From Clostridia bacterium (GTDB lineage: Bacteria; Bacillota; Clostridia; Oscillospirales; CAG-272), in the NCBI GenBank assembly GCA_017466685.1, contig JAFTTS010000140.1, positions 715 through 64,714 of the forward strand: a DNA stretch of 64,000 nt. The letters are read 5' to 3'. The notes below the pieces were generated by a model, which worked only from the letters and a program-made list of their open reading frames with translations, searched no databases and had not been told where the DNA came from. Position numbers and translations under genes: made by a program. Shown in pieces: positions 27,746 to 37,056 of the stretch. Positions within the stretch are counted from its first letter, which is position 1. Every line of letters begins with the position of its first letter.

Positions 27746-27838
27746 TACAATGAAATTTCTCAAAACTTCGCACACAAATCGCAAACTAACATAAACAACA
27801 AAAAACAACATAAACAACAAAAAGGAAGGTACAAAATA

Positions 27839-29047
27839 ATGAAATTATACGAAGAACTTGTCGAGCGCGGACTTATCGCGCAGGTTACGGACGAAGAACA
27901 TATCCGCGAAATGATAAACGAGGGTAAAGCCACGTTTTACATCGGCTTTGACTGTACAGCAGACTCGCTGACTGCAGGTCACTTTATGGCGCTCACTCTC
28001 ATGAAGCGTTTACAGATGGCAGGTAATAAGCCTATCGCGCTTATCGGCGGCGGTACAACTATGATCGGTGACCCCTCGGGACGTACCGATATGAGAAAAA
28101 TGCTTACCAAGGAGGATATCGACCACAACGCAGAATGCTTCAAGCGTCAGATGGAAAGATTCATCGAGTTTGGCGAGGGCAAGGCGATGATGGTGAACAA
28201 TGCCGATTGGCTTCTTAACCTCAATTACGTCGAGCTTCTCCGTGAGGTTGGTGCTTGTTTCTCGGTTAACAATATGCTTCGTGCGGAGTGCTATAAGCAG
28301 AGAATGGAAAAGGGACTCTCGTTCCTTGAATTCAACTATATGATCATGCAGTCCTACGACTTCTACTATATGTTCAAGAAGTACGGCTGTAACATGGAGT
28401 TCGGCGGTGACGACCAGTGGTCGAATATGCTCGGCGGTACTGAGCTTATCAGAAAGAAGCTCGGCAAGGACGCTTACGCTATGACTATTACGCTTCTCAC
28501 AGACTCTAACGGCAAGAAAATGGGTAAGACCGCCGGCAACGCTGTCTGGCTTGATCCCAACAAGACCTCACCGTTTGATTTCTTCCAGTATTGGCGCAAC
28601 GTCGGTGACGCGGACGTACTCAAGTGCATCCGTATGCTGACCTTCCTTCCGATGGAGCAGATCCGCGAGATGGCAAACTGGGAGGGCGCACAGCTTAACA
28701 AGGCTAAGGAAATCCTTGCATACGAGCTCACCAACATGGTTCACGGCAAGGAAGAAGCCGATAAGGCACTCGAGGCTGCACGTGCGGTATTCGCAGGCGG
28801 CGGTTCGAGCGAGAATATGCCCACCACCGAGGTCGAGGCTGTAGATACATCCGTTGTTGATCTGCTTGTTGCAGGCAAGCTTGCACCGTCAAAGGGTGAA
28901 GCAAAGCGTCTCATTCAGCAGGGTGGTATTTCGGTTGATGACGTTAAGGTTGAGCGTTTTGACGCTATCGTTGAGGGCGCAAAGCTTGCCGAGGGTGTCA
29001 TCATCAAGAAGGGCAAGAAGGTATTCCATAAGTTTATCGCAAGATGA
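27839..29047 (+). CDS. tyrS: tyrosine--tRNA ligase
   Basis: MKLYEELVERGLIAQ..., a class I HIGH-type motif (TADSLTAGHF), a KMGKT (KMSKS-type) motif, and a C-terminal S4-like domain. ATG 27839 with AAGGAAGG 9 nt upstream is preferred; the track ORF starts at 27704, inside the repeat. Confidence 0.95.
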   Translation: MKLYEELVERGLIAQVTDEEHIREMINEGKATFYIGFDCTADSLTAGHFMALTLMKRLQMAGNKPIALIGGGTTMIGDPSGRTDMRKMLTKEDIDHNAECFKRQMERFIEFGEGKAMMVNNADWLLNLNYVELLREVGACFSVNNMLRAECYKQRMEKGLSFLEFNYMIMQSYDFYYMFKKYGCNMEFGGDDQWSNMLGGTELIRKKLGKDAYAMTITLLTDSNGKKMGKTAGNAVWLDPNKTSPFDFFQYWRNVGDADVLKCIRMLTFLPMEQIREMANWEGAQLNKAKEILAYELTNMVHGKEEADKALEAARAVFAGGGSSENMPTTEVEAVDTSVVDLLVAGKLAPSKGEAKRLIQQGGISVDDVKVERFDAIVEGAKLAEGVIIKKGKKVFHKFIAR

Positions 29048-29736
29048 GGAAATATACAACCCTGCTCTTTGATGCAGACATGACGCTTTTCGATTTCGAC
29101 GGCGCGGAAAAGGTGGCCTTTGGTATAGTAATGTCATCTCACGGCATACAATATAGTGATGCTGATTTTGAGCGTTACAGAGCTATAAACGCAGAGCTTT
29201 GGGAAATGTACAGCCGCGGCGAAGTGACCAAGGAGCGTTTGCAGGCGACACGTTTCGGAATGTTTTTTGAGACACTTGATCCTGTGCCGACGGTTGACGG
29301 AGAACGTGTCAATGCAGAATATGTTGATGCGCTTGCCGATTGCTCCGAGATTTTTGACGGTGCCGAATCGCTCTGTAAAAAGCTTTCCGAAAAATATGAA
29401 TTGTACATCGTTACAAACGGTGTTTCACGCACCCAGAAGAAACGCTTCTACGCCTCGTCGATATGTCAGTATTTTAAGGATATATTCGTTTCCGAGGATG
29501 CAGGTGCGCCAAAGCCTATGCGCGGATATTTCGATTATGTTTTTGAGCGTATCGGTGAAGATAAAAAAGAGGGAAGCGTTATCATCGGCGATTCGTTAAC
29601 AAGCGATATTGCAGGCGGTAACAATTTCGGCATCGATACATTCTGGTATAACCCGAACGGTAAGCGAAACACAACAGATATAATCCCGACAAGGGTTATT
29701 GGAAGCTATTCCGGGTTACTTGAACTCTTACTTTGA
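29044..29736 (+). CDS. HAD-superfamily hydrolase (YjjG-type nucleotidase-like)
   Basis: Motif I FDADMTLFDF, with later IVTNG and GDSLTSDI motifs. The ATGA overlaps the tyrS stop. Confidence 0.75.
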   Translation: MRKYTTLLFDADMTLFDFDGAEKVAFGIVMSSHGIQYSDADFERYRAINAELWEMYSRGEVTKERLQATRFGMFFETLDPVPTVDGERVNAEYVDALADCSEIFDGAESLCKKLSEKYELYIVTNGVSRTQKKRFYASSICQYFKDIFVSEDAGAPKPMRGYFDYVFERIGEDKKEGSVIIGDSLTSDIAGGNNFGIDTFWYNPNGKRNTTDIIPTRVIGSYSGLLELLL

Positions 29737-29745
29737 GGAGAACCT

Positions 29746-30651
29746 ATGGACTACACTTGTGCACTCACGCGTCTTACGGATGCTAAAATTGAATACAGCG
29801 AAAACACACCTCTTGCACCCTTTACGAGCTTTCGTATCGGCGGAGCGGCAAGGATAGCGGTGTTCCCGAAGTCGTGTGACGAAGCGGCGGTGGTGTTTGA
29901 TATTCTCCGCGGTGAGTCTGTGCCGACGGTTGTGCTTGGAAACGGCACCAATGTCCTCGTTTCGGATGACGGTTATAACGGCGCGGCAGTTATACTTTCG
30001 GGACTTCGTTCATGTACGGTCTCTGGCGAAACTATCACCGCAGACGCAGGTGTACCTCTGACTGGACTTGCACTGACGGCGGCGAAACATTCACTCACGG
30101 GACTTGAATTTGCATACGGTATCCCGGGAACGCTCGGCGGTGCAATTTATATGAATGCCGGTGCATATGGCGGTGATATGTCGCAGGTCACGGTGTCGAG
30201 CAGATATTACGATCTCGAAAGCGGCGAGGTTGGTGTCATTACCGGGGAAGCACATGAGTTTGCATACCGTCACAGTGTTTATATGGACAGCTCGAAGGTG
30301 ATACTTTCCGTGACATTACAGCTTGCACTTGGAGAGCGCAGTGAGATCGAAGCGAAAATGAACGATTTCATGTCAAGGCGTCGCGAAAAACAGCCGCTTG
30401 AATATCCGAGTGCAGGAAGTACGTTCAAGCGCGGAAACGGTTTTATAACCTCGCAGGTTATCGACGAGGTCGGGCTTAAGGGCAGGAGCGTCGGAGGCGC
30501 AGAGGTTTCCGAAAAGCACGCGGGATTTGTTATCAATAAAGGCGGTGCAACGGCAAAGGATGTGCTTTCACTGATCGATATCATAAAATCCGAGGTCAAA
30601 CAAAAGACCGGATATGATATTGAATGTGAAATCAGATATATAGAGAGTTAG
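29746..30651 (+). CDS. murB: UDP-N-acetylmuramate dehydrogenase
   Basis: FAD-binding segment (TSFRIGGAARI...VLGNGTNVLVSD), then PSAGSTFKRG and GGAEVSEKHAGFVIN. Confidence 0.9.
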   Translation: MDYTCALTRLTDAKIEYSENTPLAPFTSFRIGGAARIAVFPKSCDEAAVVFDILRGESVPTVVLGNGTNVLVSDDGYNGAAVILSGLRSCTVSGETITADAGVPLTGLALTAAKHSLTGLEFAYGIPGTLGGAIYMNAGAYGGDMSQVTVSSRYYDLESGEVGVITGEAHEFAYRHSVYMDSSKVILSVTLQLALGERSEIEAKMNDFMSRRREKQPLEYPSAGSTFKRGNGFITSQVIDEVGLKGRSVGGAEVSEKHAGFVINKGGATAKDVLSLIDIIKSEVKQKTGYDIECEIRYIES

Positions 30652-30670
30652 GGCAAAGGGAGCATAAAAC

Positions 30671-31528
30671 GTGGAATTTTTAATAATTACGGGAATGTCC
30701 GGTGCGGGAAAATCACAGGCGGCGAATACGCTTGAGGATCTCGGCTGGTATTGTATTGATAATATGCCGACACAGCTTATACCGAAGTTTGCGGAGATTT
30801 ACAGCGCAACTCCGGGTAAGCTTGATAAGGTTGCGTTTATAGTTGACGTACGCGGAGAGGTTGAGTTTGACACGCTTTTCGCGGAGCTTGACGTTCTTCG
30901 TTCACAGGGCTTTAACTGCAGGACGGTATTCCTCGAATGTGCCGACGATGTTATAATAAGCCGCTACAAGTTTACAAGACGTACACATCCGCTCGTTGCG
31001 GCACAGAATATCAGTATTGCGGATGCGCTGGAGACCGAACGCAAAATTCTCACCGTCGCAAAACAGCGTGCGGATTACACTATTGACACGACCAAGCTGA
31101 CTCCCGTTCAGTTAAAGGAAAAGATTCTCGGTATCGTTAATGCCGAGGAAGGAAACGGTCTGCTTGTGACCTGTATGTCGTTCGGCTTCAAGCACGGTGC
31201 GGCAGTCGAGGCGGATCTCGTTTTTGATGTTCGTTGCTTTGCTAACCCTTACTATCACGATGAGCTGAAATCGCATACGGGACTTGAAGAATGTGTGCGC
31301 AGTTTCGTTTTCTCGCATGAAGAAACAAACACCTTTGTAACCAAGCTTTGCGATATGATCGATTACCTCCTGCCGCTTTACGGTCGCGAGGGTAAAACAC
31401 AGCTTATAGTCGCCATCGGATGTACGGGCGGTAAACACCGTTCGGTTGCAATTTGTGAAGCGCTTGCGGCACATATCCGTCAGGGCGGACACAAAACGGT
31501 TACGATCCACAGAGATATAACAAAATAA
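30671..31528 (+). CDS. rapZ: RNase adapter / nucleotide-binding protein RapZ (YvcJ)
   Basis: GTG start. Walker A ITGMSGAGKS, then DVRCFANPYY and IGCTGGKHRSV. Confidence 0.9.
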   Translation: MEFLIITGMSGAGKSQAANTLEDLGWYCIDNMPTQLIPKFAEIYSATPGKLDKVAFIVDVRGEVEFDTLFAELDVLRSQGFNCRTVFLECADDVIISRYKFTRRTHPLVAAQNISIADALETERKILTVAKQRADYTIDTTKLTPVQLKEKILGIVNAEEGNGLLVTCMSFGFKHGAAVEADLVFDVRCFANPYYHDELKSHTGLEECVRSFVFSHEETNTFVTKLCDMIDYLLPLYGREGKTQLIVAIGCTGGKHRSVAICEALAAHIRQGGHKTVTIHRDITK

Positions 31529-31565
31529 CGTGTCGGGCAATACTCCCGGCATATGGGAGGAAGCC

Positions 31566-32486
31566 ATGTCTTTTGCAAAGGATACCAAGGCGAGTCTCGT
31601 TTCGCTTTCGGAATCAATGAAGCATGATTGCTGCAGACGTTCGCAGTTATACGGAATATTATGGGCGGCAGGAATATTCAGTCGCTCACGAATAAAGCTT
31701 GTCACATCGTGTGAGGAGCTTGCAAGCCTTACTGTTAAATGGTTACACGACCAGCATATGATCGAGGGAAATCTCTATATCACCGATAAGAAAAGCGGAG
31801 ATGCCGATGAGAGGCGAAGCTGTAAAATAACGGTCGTTCAGAAAAAGGAGCTTGAGAGGTTATTTCGTGCGCTCAAATATACAGAGGAGCAGAGCGAGAG
31901 CGAGATAAACCCCGATGTGTTCCGTTGTCAGAACTGTACGGCGGCGTTTCTGCGCGGTGCGTTTCTTTCGGCAGGTACGCTGACCGATCCCGATAAGGGT
32001 TATCACCTTGAAATGAACTTTATCGACAAAGCCTCGGCGGACAAGCTCGGTGAACTTTTATCAATGCTTGGGCTTGAAGCGAAAATGACCGTACGCAAAA
32101 CAGAGCACGTGATTTATTATAAGGACAGTGAGAGCATTGAAAATTTCCTTGCCCTCATCGGTGCAAACAACGCGGCGTTTACTATAATGAATAAAAAAAT
32201 CGAGCGTGAGCTTCGTTCCGATATGAACCGCATCGCAAACGGTGAGGTTGCAAATATTGAAAAAACCACCAAGGCGGCAGGTGCACAGATAGCCGCTATA
32301 AAGGCACTTAAAGCAAGCGGAGAGCTTGAGCGTATGCCGGACGAGCTTCGGATAACGGCTTATCTGCGGCTTGAAAACAGTGACGCTTCGCTGATTCGTC
32401 TTGCCGAGCTGCATACACCTCCCATAACCAAATCGGGAGTTAACCACAGACTTAAAAAGATTCTTGAATGGAAATCACTTGACTGA
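31566..32486 (+). CDS. whiA: DNA-binding protein WhiA
   Basis: MSFAKDTKASL..., LAGLIDADG-derived core (FLRGAFLSAGTLTDPDKGYHLE), and a C-terminal HTH (ITKSGVNHRLKKI). The start is chosen at the conserved MSF rather than the track's 31530. Confidence 0.9.
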   Translation: MSFAKDTKASLVSLSESMKHDCCRRSQLYGILWAAGIFSRSRIKLVTSCEELASLTVKWLHDQHMIEGNLYITDKKSGDADERRSCKITVVQKKELERLFRALKYTEEQSESEINPDVFRCQNCTAAFLRGAFLSAGTLTDPDKGYHLEMNFIDKASADKLGELLSMLGLEAKMTVRKTEHVIYYKDSESIENFLALIGANNAAFTIMNKKIERELRSDMNRIANGEVANIEKTTKAAGAQIAAIKALKASGELERMPDELRITAYLRLENSDASLIRLAELHTPPITKSGVNHRLKKILEWKSLD

Positions 32487-32506
32487 TAAACAAGAGGGAA
32501 CACAAA

Positions 32507-35500
32507 ATGCCGGATTTCGTACATCTTCATCTGCACAGTGAATATAGTCTTCTCGACGGTGCTTGCCGCATTGCCGAGATACCCCGTCGCGCAAAAGAGT
32601 GCGGTCACAGTGCGGTTGCGCTTACGGATCACGGTGTTATGTACGGTGCGGTGGCGTTTTATAACGCTTGTAAGGCTGAGGGGATAAAGCCCATAATCGG
32701 CTGTGAGGTTTACCTTGCCAAACGTACACGCTTCGACCGTGACCACGAGGAGGACAGCGGAAGTTACCATCTCATTCTCCTCTGCAAAAATGAAATCGGC
32801 TATAAAAATCTGATTTATATGGTAACGAGCGCATTCAAGGAGGGCTTTTATTCAAAACCGCGTATCGATATGGAGCTGCTCGAAGCTAATCACGAGGGAC
32901 TTATTGCGATGTCCGCTTGCCTTGCCGGATTTATTCCGAGGGCGATCATTAACGGTGAGTCTATGCTTGCACGTGAGCACGCCGAGCGGATGAAGTCGAT
33001 CTTCGGCGATGATTATTATCTTGAGCTTCAGGATCACGGACTTGAGGAGCAGAAGCTCGTGAACCGCGAATTAGTCAAGCTTTCACATGAGCTTTCAATC
33101 CCTCTTGCGGCAACAAACGATGCCCATTATCTTCGCCGTAAGGATGCAGACACGCAGGCGATACTCATGTGCATTCAGACGGGTAACGTCATAACAGACG
33201 GCAGACCGCTCGGCTTTGAAACGGACGAGTTTTATTATAAAACCACAGAGGAGATGCAGTCGCTTTTCGGCTATCTCGAAAACGATCCGCTCGGAAGTCC
33301 GATAGAAAATACAGCGCGAATTGCCGAGAAATGCAACTTCGATTTCGATTTTTCGAAGCTCTATCTTCCGGCTTTCACACCTCCAGACGGTCGTTCCTCT
33401 CCCGATTATCTGCGTACACTGACGATGGACGGTCTTTCGCGCCGTCTTAACTCGGGCCGTATCAAATATTCGGACAAGCATCCCGAGAGCGAATACACGG
33501 AGCGTATCGAATATGAGCTTGATGTTATAGTCAGGATGGGTTACGCCGATTATTTCCTTATAGTACAGGATTTTGTCGGCTTTGCAAAGAAAAACGGTAT
33601 TCCCGTCGGTCCGGGACGTGGCTCGGGTGCAGGAAGCCTTGTTGCGTTCTTGCTTGGTATAACCGACCTTGATCCGCTTCATTTTGAGCTGCTGTTTGAA
33701 CGCTTTCTCAATCCCGAGCGAGTCAGTATGCCCGACTTTGATATAGATTTTTGTTACAACAGACGCGACGAGGTTATCGATTACGTAAGGAGAAAATACG
33801 GTGACGATCACGTTGCGCAGATCGTGACATTCGGTACTATGGCGGCACGTGCGGCTGTAAGGGACGTCGGACGTGCGCTTGATATGTCCTATGCCGAGTG
33901 TGACACGGTTGCGAAAAATATTCCCCGTGCACTTGATATGACGCTTGACGGTGCACTTAAAATAAGCAAAGAGCTTCGCGAAATGTATGAGGATTCGCTG
34001 AGTGTAAAGCGGCTTATCGACACGGCACGTGACCTTGAGGGTATGCCAAGACACGCATCAACTCATGCGGCAGGTGTTGTTATAACCGACCGTCCCGTGC
34101 ACGAATATGTGCCGCTTTCAATGAACGGCAATGTCCCCGTCACGCAGTTTGATATGGACACCTCGGCAAAACTCGGACTCCTTAAATTCGATTTTCTTGC
34201 CTTACGGTATCTTACAATAATTTCCGACACGGAAAAGCAGATCCGTGAGCGTATCCCCGATTTTGACGTTGAGGCTTTACCGCTTGACGATAAGGCGGCG
34301 TATGAACTTATTTCGTCGGGCAATACAGACGGCGTTTTCCAGCTTGAATCGGGCGGTATGCGTCAAATGCTGACACAGCTTCGTCCCGACTGTATCGAGG
34401 ACATTATCGCCGCGATCTCACTTTACCGTCCCGGCCCGATGGATTCGATACCGAAATACATCGAAAATCGCAAAAACCGCGATAAGATAACCTATAAAAC
34501 TCCGCTTCTTAAACCGATACTCGACGTCACATACGGCTGTATGGTCTACCAGGAGCAGGTCATGCAGGTCTGCCGAAGCGTTGCAGGATATACGTTCGGA
34601 CGTGCCGATCTTGTCCGCAGAATGATGGCGAAGAAAAAAGCCGAGGATATGGAACGTGAGCGTGCCGTATTCGTTGAGGGTGCAGGCAAGAACGGGATCT
34701 CCGAGGATGTTGCGAACGAGCTGTTTGACGAGATGTCGGGCTTTGCTTCGTACGCCTTCAATAAGAGTCACGCGGCGGCTTATGCGATAATTTCATACCG
34801 TACCGCTTATTTGAAGAGTCACTATCCTTGCGAATATCTTGCTGCGCTGATGACCTCTGTTATGGGAAGTGCCGTCAAGACTGCGGAATATGTGGCTGAA
34901 TGTAACCGTTACAATATCAGCATTCTTCCGCCGGATATTAACGAATCGATCGCCGCTTACCGTGCAACCGTGACCGAGGACGGCAGTTATATCCGTTTCG
35001 GTCTGCTTGCTCTGAAAAATTTAGGCGAGGGATTTATTGAGCGTATCGTTGCCGAGCGTCGTATACGTCCATTCAGTTCGTTTGAGGATTTCATCGAGCG
35101 TATGTACGGGCAGGATATGAACAAGCGTCAGGTTGAGGCACTTATCAAGAGCGGTACGTTTGACAGTCTCGGAATTTACCGAAGTCAGCTGCTTCTTACC
35201 TATGAGATGATAATCGATCACTATCAGGAGCGCAGCCGAGTTAACGTTGAGGGACAGCTTGATCTCTTTTCAATGGGACTTGACGACACCGTTAAGGCTG
35301 AAGCTTTCAAATATCCCGATATTCCCGAGCTTGCATTCAGGGATAGGTTAAGACTTGAAAAGGAAGCTGCCGGAATATACTTCTCGGGACACGTGCTTGA
35401 AGATTACAGAGCGCATATCGAAAAAATATCACCCACGAAAATAAACGATATTTTGTCTTCATTCTCGGAAGAGGACGAAACCGATGCTGTATTTTCCGAT

Positions 35501-36241
35501 AAACAAACGGTCACGCTTTGCGGTGTTATTGCCTCAAGGCAGACCAAGGTTACCAAAGCCGGTGAGCAGATGGCGTTTCTGACTCTTGAAGACAGGCTCG
35601 GCGAGATAGAGGTCGTTGTTTTTGCGAAAACCTTCGAGCAGATCGGACATATGCTGTCTGTCGATGCCGCGGTATGTATTGTCGGTCAGATATCCATCCG
35701 TGACGATGAAGAACCCAAGATACTTTGCCGCACGGCGATTTTACTCGATGATAACGAGCATTTCGGTGACAAGTCCGCACTTCCCGAGGTGAACCGTTAT
35801 AAAGGACGTGGGGATTATCTGCAAAACCGACCGCAAATGCCGCAAAGGACGGGGAACGAGGTGACACCACCGCCGCCTACACTCAAAAAGGACGGCGAGG
35901 TTTACCATGTCAGCGGCAGACGTGCAGCACCGGCAGTCAACCTTTATGCATCGGGAGGACAGTCTGATAACGCTCCGATGCAGAGAAATGCTTCATCACA
36001 GGCTGTGACGTCAGTGCAGAAAATCTATCTTCGCGTTGAATCAACAAGTGAAGCTGACCGCATTTTTATGAAAGTGCAGAATCTTTGTTACATTTTCTGC
36101 GACGGTACGGCGGAAATTATTTTTTACGACAAATCCACGGGTGAATATAAACGCATGACGGGTGTACGTCTTGGTGCATCACCTTTTGTTATCGGTGAGC
36201 TCAAAGCGCTTCTCGGTGACGATAACGTGGTTGTAAAATAG
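32507..36241 (+). CDS. dnaE: DNA polymerase III alpha subunit (DnaE type)
   Basis: PHP domain (FVHLHLHSEYSLLDGA), polymerase core (GPGRGSGAGSLVAFLLGIT, DFDIDF), an OB fold, and a ~150-aa C-terminal extension. Confidence 0.95.
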   Translation: MPDFVHLHLHSEYSLLDGACRIAEIPRRAKECGHSAVALTDHGVMYGAVAFYNACKAEGIKPIIGCEVYLAKRTRFDRDHEEDSGSYHLILLCKNEIGYKNLIYMVTSAFKEGFYSKPRIDMELLEANHEGLIAMSACLAGFIPRAIINGESMLAREHAERMKSIFGDDYYLELQDHGLEEQKLVNRELVKLSHELSIPLAATNDAHYLRRKDADTQAILMCIQTGNVITDGRPLGFETDEFYYKTTEEMQSLFGYLENDPLGSPIENTARIAEKCNFDFDFSKLYLPAFTPPDGRSSPDYLRTLTMDGLSRRLNSGRIKYSDKHPESEYTERIEYELDVIVRMGYADYFLIVQDFVGFAKKNGIPVGPGRGSGAGSLVAFLLGITDLDPLHFELLFERFLNPERVSMPDFDIDFCYNRRDEVIDYVRRKYGDDHVAQIVTFGTMAARAAVRDVGRALDMSYAECDTVAKNIPRALDMTLDGALKISKELREMYEDSLSVKRLIDTARDLEGMPRHASTHAAGVVITDRPVHEYVPLSMNGNVPVTQFDMDTSAKLGLLKFDFLALRYLTIISDTEKQIRERIPDFDVEALPLDDKAAYELISSGNTDGVFQLESGGMRQMLTQLRPDCIEDIIAAISLYRPGPMDSIPKYIENRKNRDKITYKTPLLKPILDVTYGCMVYQEQVMQVCRSVAGYTFGRADLVRRMMAKKKAEDMERERAVFVEGAGKNGISEDVANELFDEMSGFASYAFNKSHAAAYAIISYRTAYLKSHYPCEYLAALMTSVMGSAVKTAEYVAECNRYNISILPPDINESIAAYRATVTEDGSYIRFGLLALKNLGEGFIERIVAERRIRPFSSFEDFIERMYGQDMNKRQVEALIKSGTFDSLGIYRSQLLLTYEMIIDHYQERSRVNVEGQLDLFSMGLDDTVKAEAFKYPDIPELAFRDRLRLEKEAAGIYFSGHVLEDYRAHIEKISPTKINDILSSFSEEDETDAVFSDKQTVTLCGVIASRQTKVTKAGEQMAFLTLEDRLGEIEVVVFAKTFEQIGHMLSVDAAVCIVGQISIRDDEEPKILCRTAILLDDNEHFGDKSALPEVNRYKGRGDYLQNRPQMPQRTGNEVTPPPPTLKKDGEVYHVSGRRAAPAVNLYASGGQSDNAPMQRNASSQAVTSVQKIYLRVESTSEADRIFMKVQNLCYIFCDGTAEIIFYDKSTGEYKRMTGVRLGASPFVIGELKALLGDDNVVVK

Positions 36242-36253
36242 GAGGATATAAAA

Positions 36254-36928
36254 ATGAGTATTTTTTCAAAAAAGAAGGACGAACCCAAAAAGAATTACAA
36301 GTATCGCAAAATTGTGACTGCCGCGAAAATTTCGTCGCCGATACTCAAGGGACTTTACTATGCATTTTTCGTCGGTGTTTTTCTCCTTGCGATAATTGCA
36401 CTTATAGTTCTCTTTGTCGGCACCGAAGCAAAGGACATGATGCTTCCGCCTTATATGACCTTTGACGGCAATGAATATTCAATAACGATCGGCAACGGTA
36501 TACGCGTGATAGACAAGAGCGTTGGAAGCTGGGATATCAAGACGGTTGCGTTTGCCGAGCTGATGATGCTTGCGGCGATATTCTGTATTTTAGCTCCGAC
36601 GACGCTTTTTCTCTCCAAGCTTGCAAAAAATATTGCAAAGGGCGATGAATATAACCTGAAGAATCCCCGTTATGTCATTTATATCGGTCTTTCGGTCATG
36701 GTCGGAAGTACGTTCATTGCCGTTATCAGAAGCTTTTACAATTATCTTCTTGTCAAGACGTTTGCAAGCGACCCCGATGCGATAAAATATGCGTTTGATT
36801 TTGATCTCGGCGCAGTCGCAGTCGGCGTGCTTATTATAGTGCTTGCTTATATTTACGGCAGCGTTTGTGAGCGTAATTTCACCGAAGCTCCCGTGGCTGA
36901 AGCAAAAAAAGATATAGAACCCGTTTAA
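36254..36928 (+). CDS. integral membrane protein, function unknown
   Basis: 224 aa with a basic N-terminus and about 4-5 TM helices. It starts 12 nt after the dnaE stop, so it is probably co-transcribed. Confidence 0.55.
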   Translation: MSIFSKKKDEPKKNYKYRKIVTAAKISSPILKGLYYAFFVGVFLLAIIALIVLFVGTEAKDMMLPPYMTFDGNEYSITIGNGIRVIDKSVGSWDIKTVAFAELMMLAAIFCILAPTTLFLSKLAKNIAKGDEYNLKNPRYVIYIGLSVMVGSTFIAVIRSFYNYLLVKTFASDPDAIKYAFDFDLGAVAVGVLIIVLAYIYGSVCERNFTEAPVAEAKKDIEPV

Positions 36929-37056
36929 AATTTTCACAGCGCAGGATGATAATTCATAAAAATTTAATTATATTACGTTATAATATTGAAACAAAATCAC
37001 TCATAATTTCGTCTTTTTACTATAGATAACCTTGTTTTTGAAAGGGAATTTTTAAA

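Noticed and set aside
27441-27838. A T-box riboswitch upstream of tyrS.
   Set aside because: No T-box consensus (AGGGTGGTACCGCG-like), no specifier loop with UAC in a stem I context and no terminator/antiterminator pair could be read. The spacer is occupied by the repeat element instead. An Infernal search is still needed for certainty.
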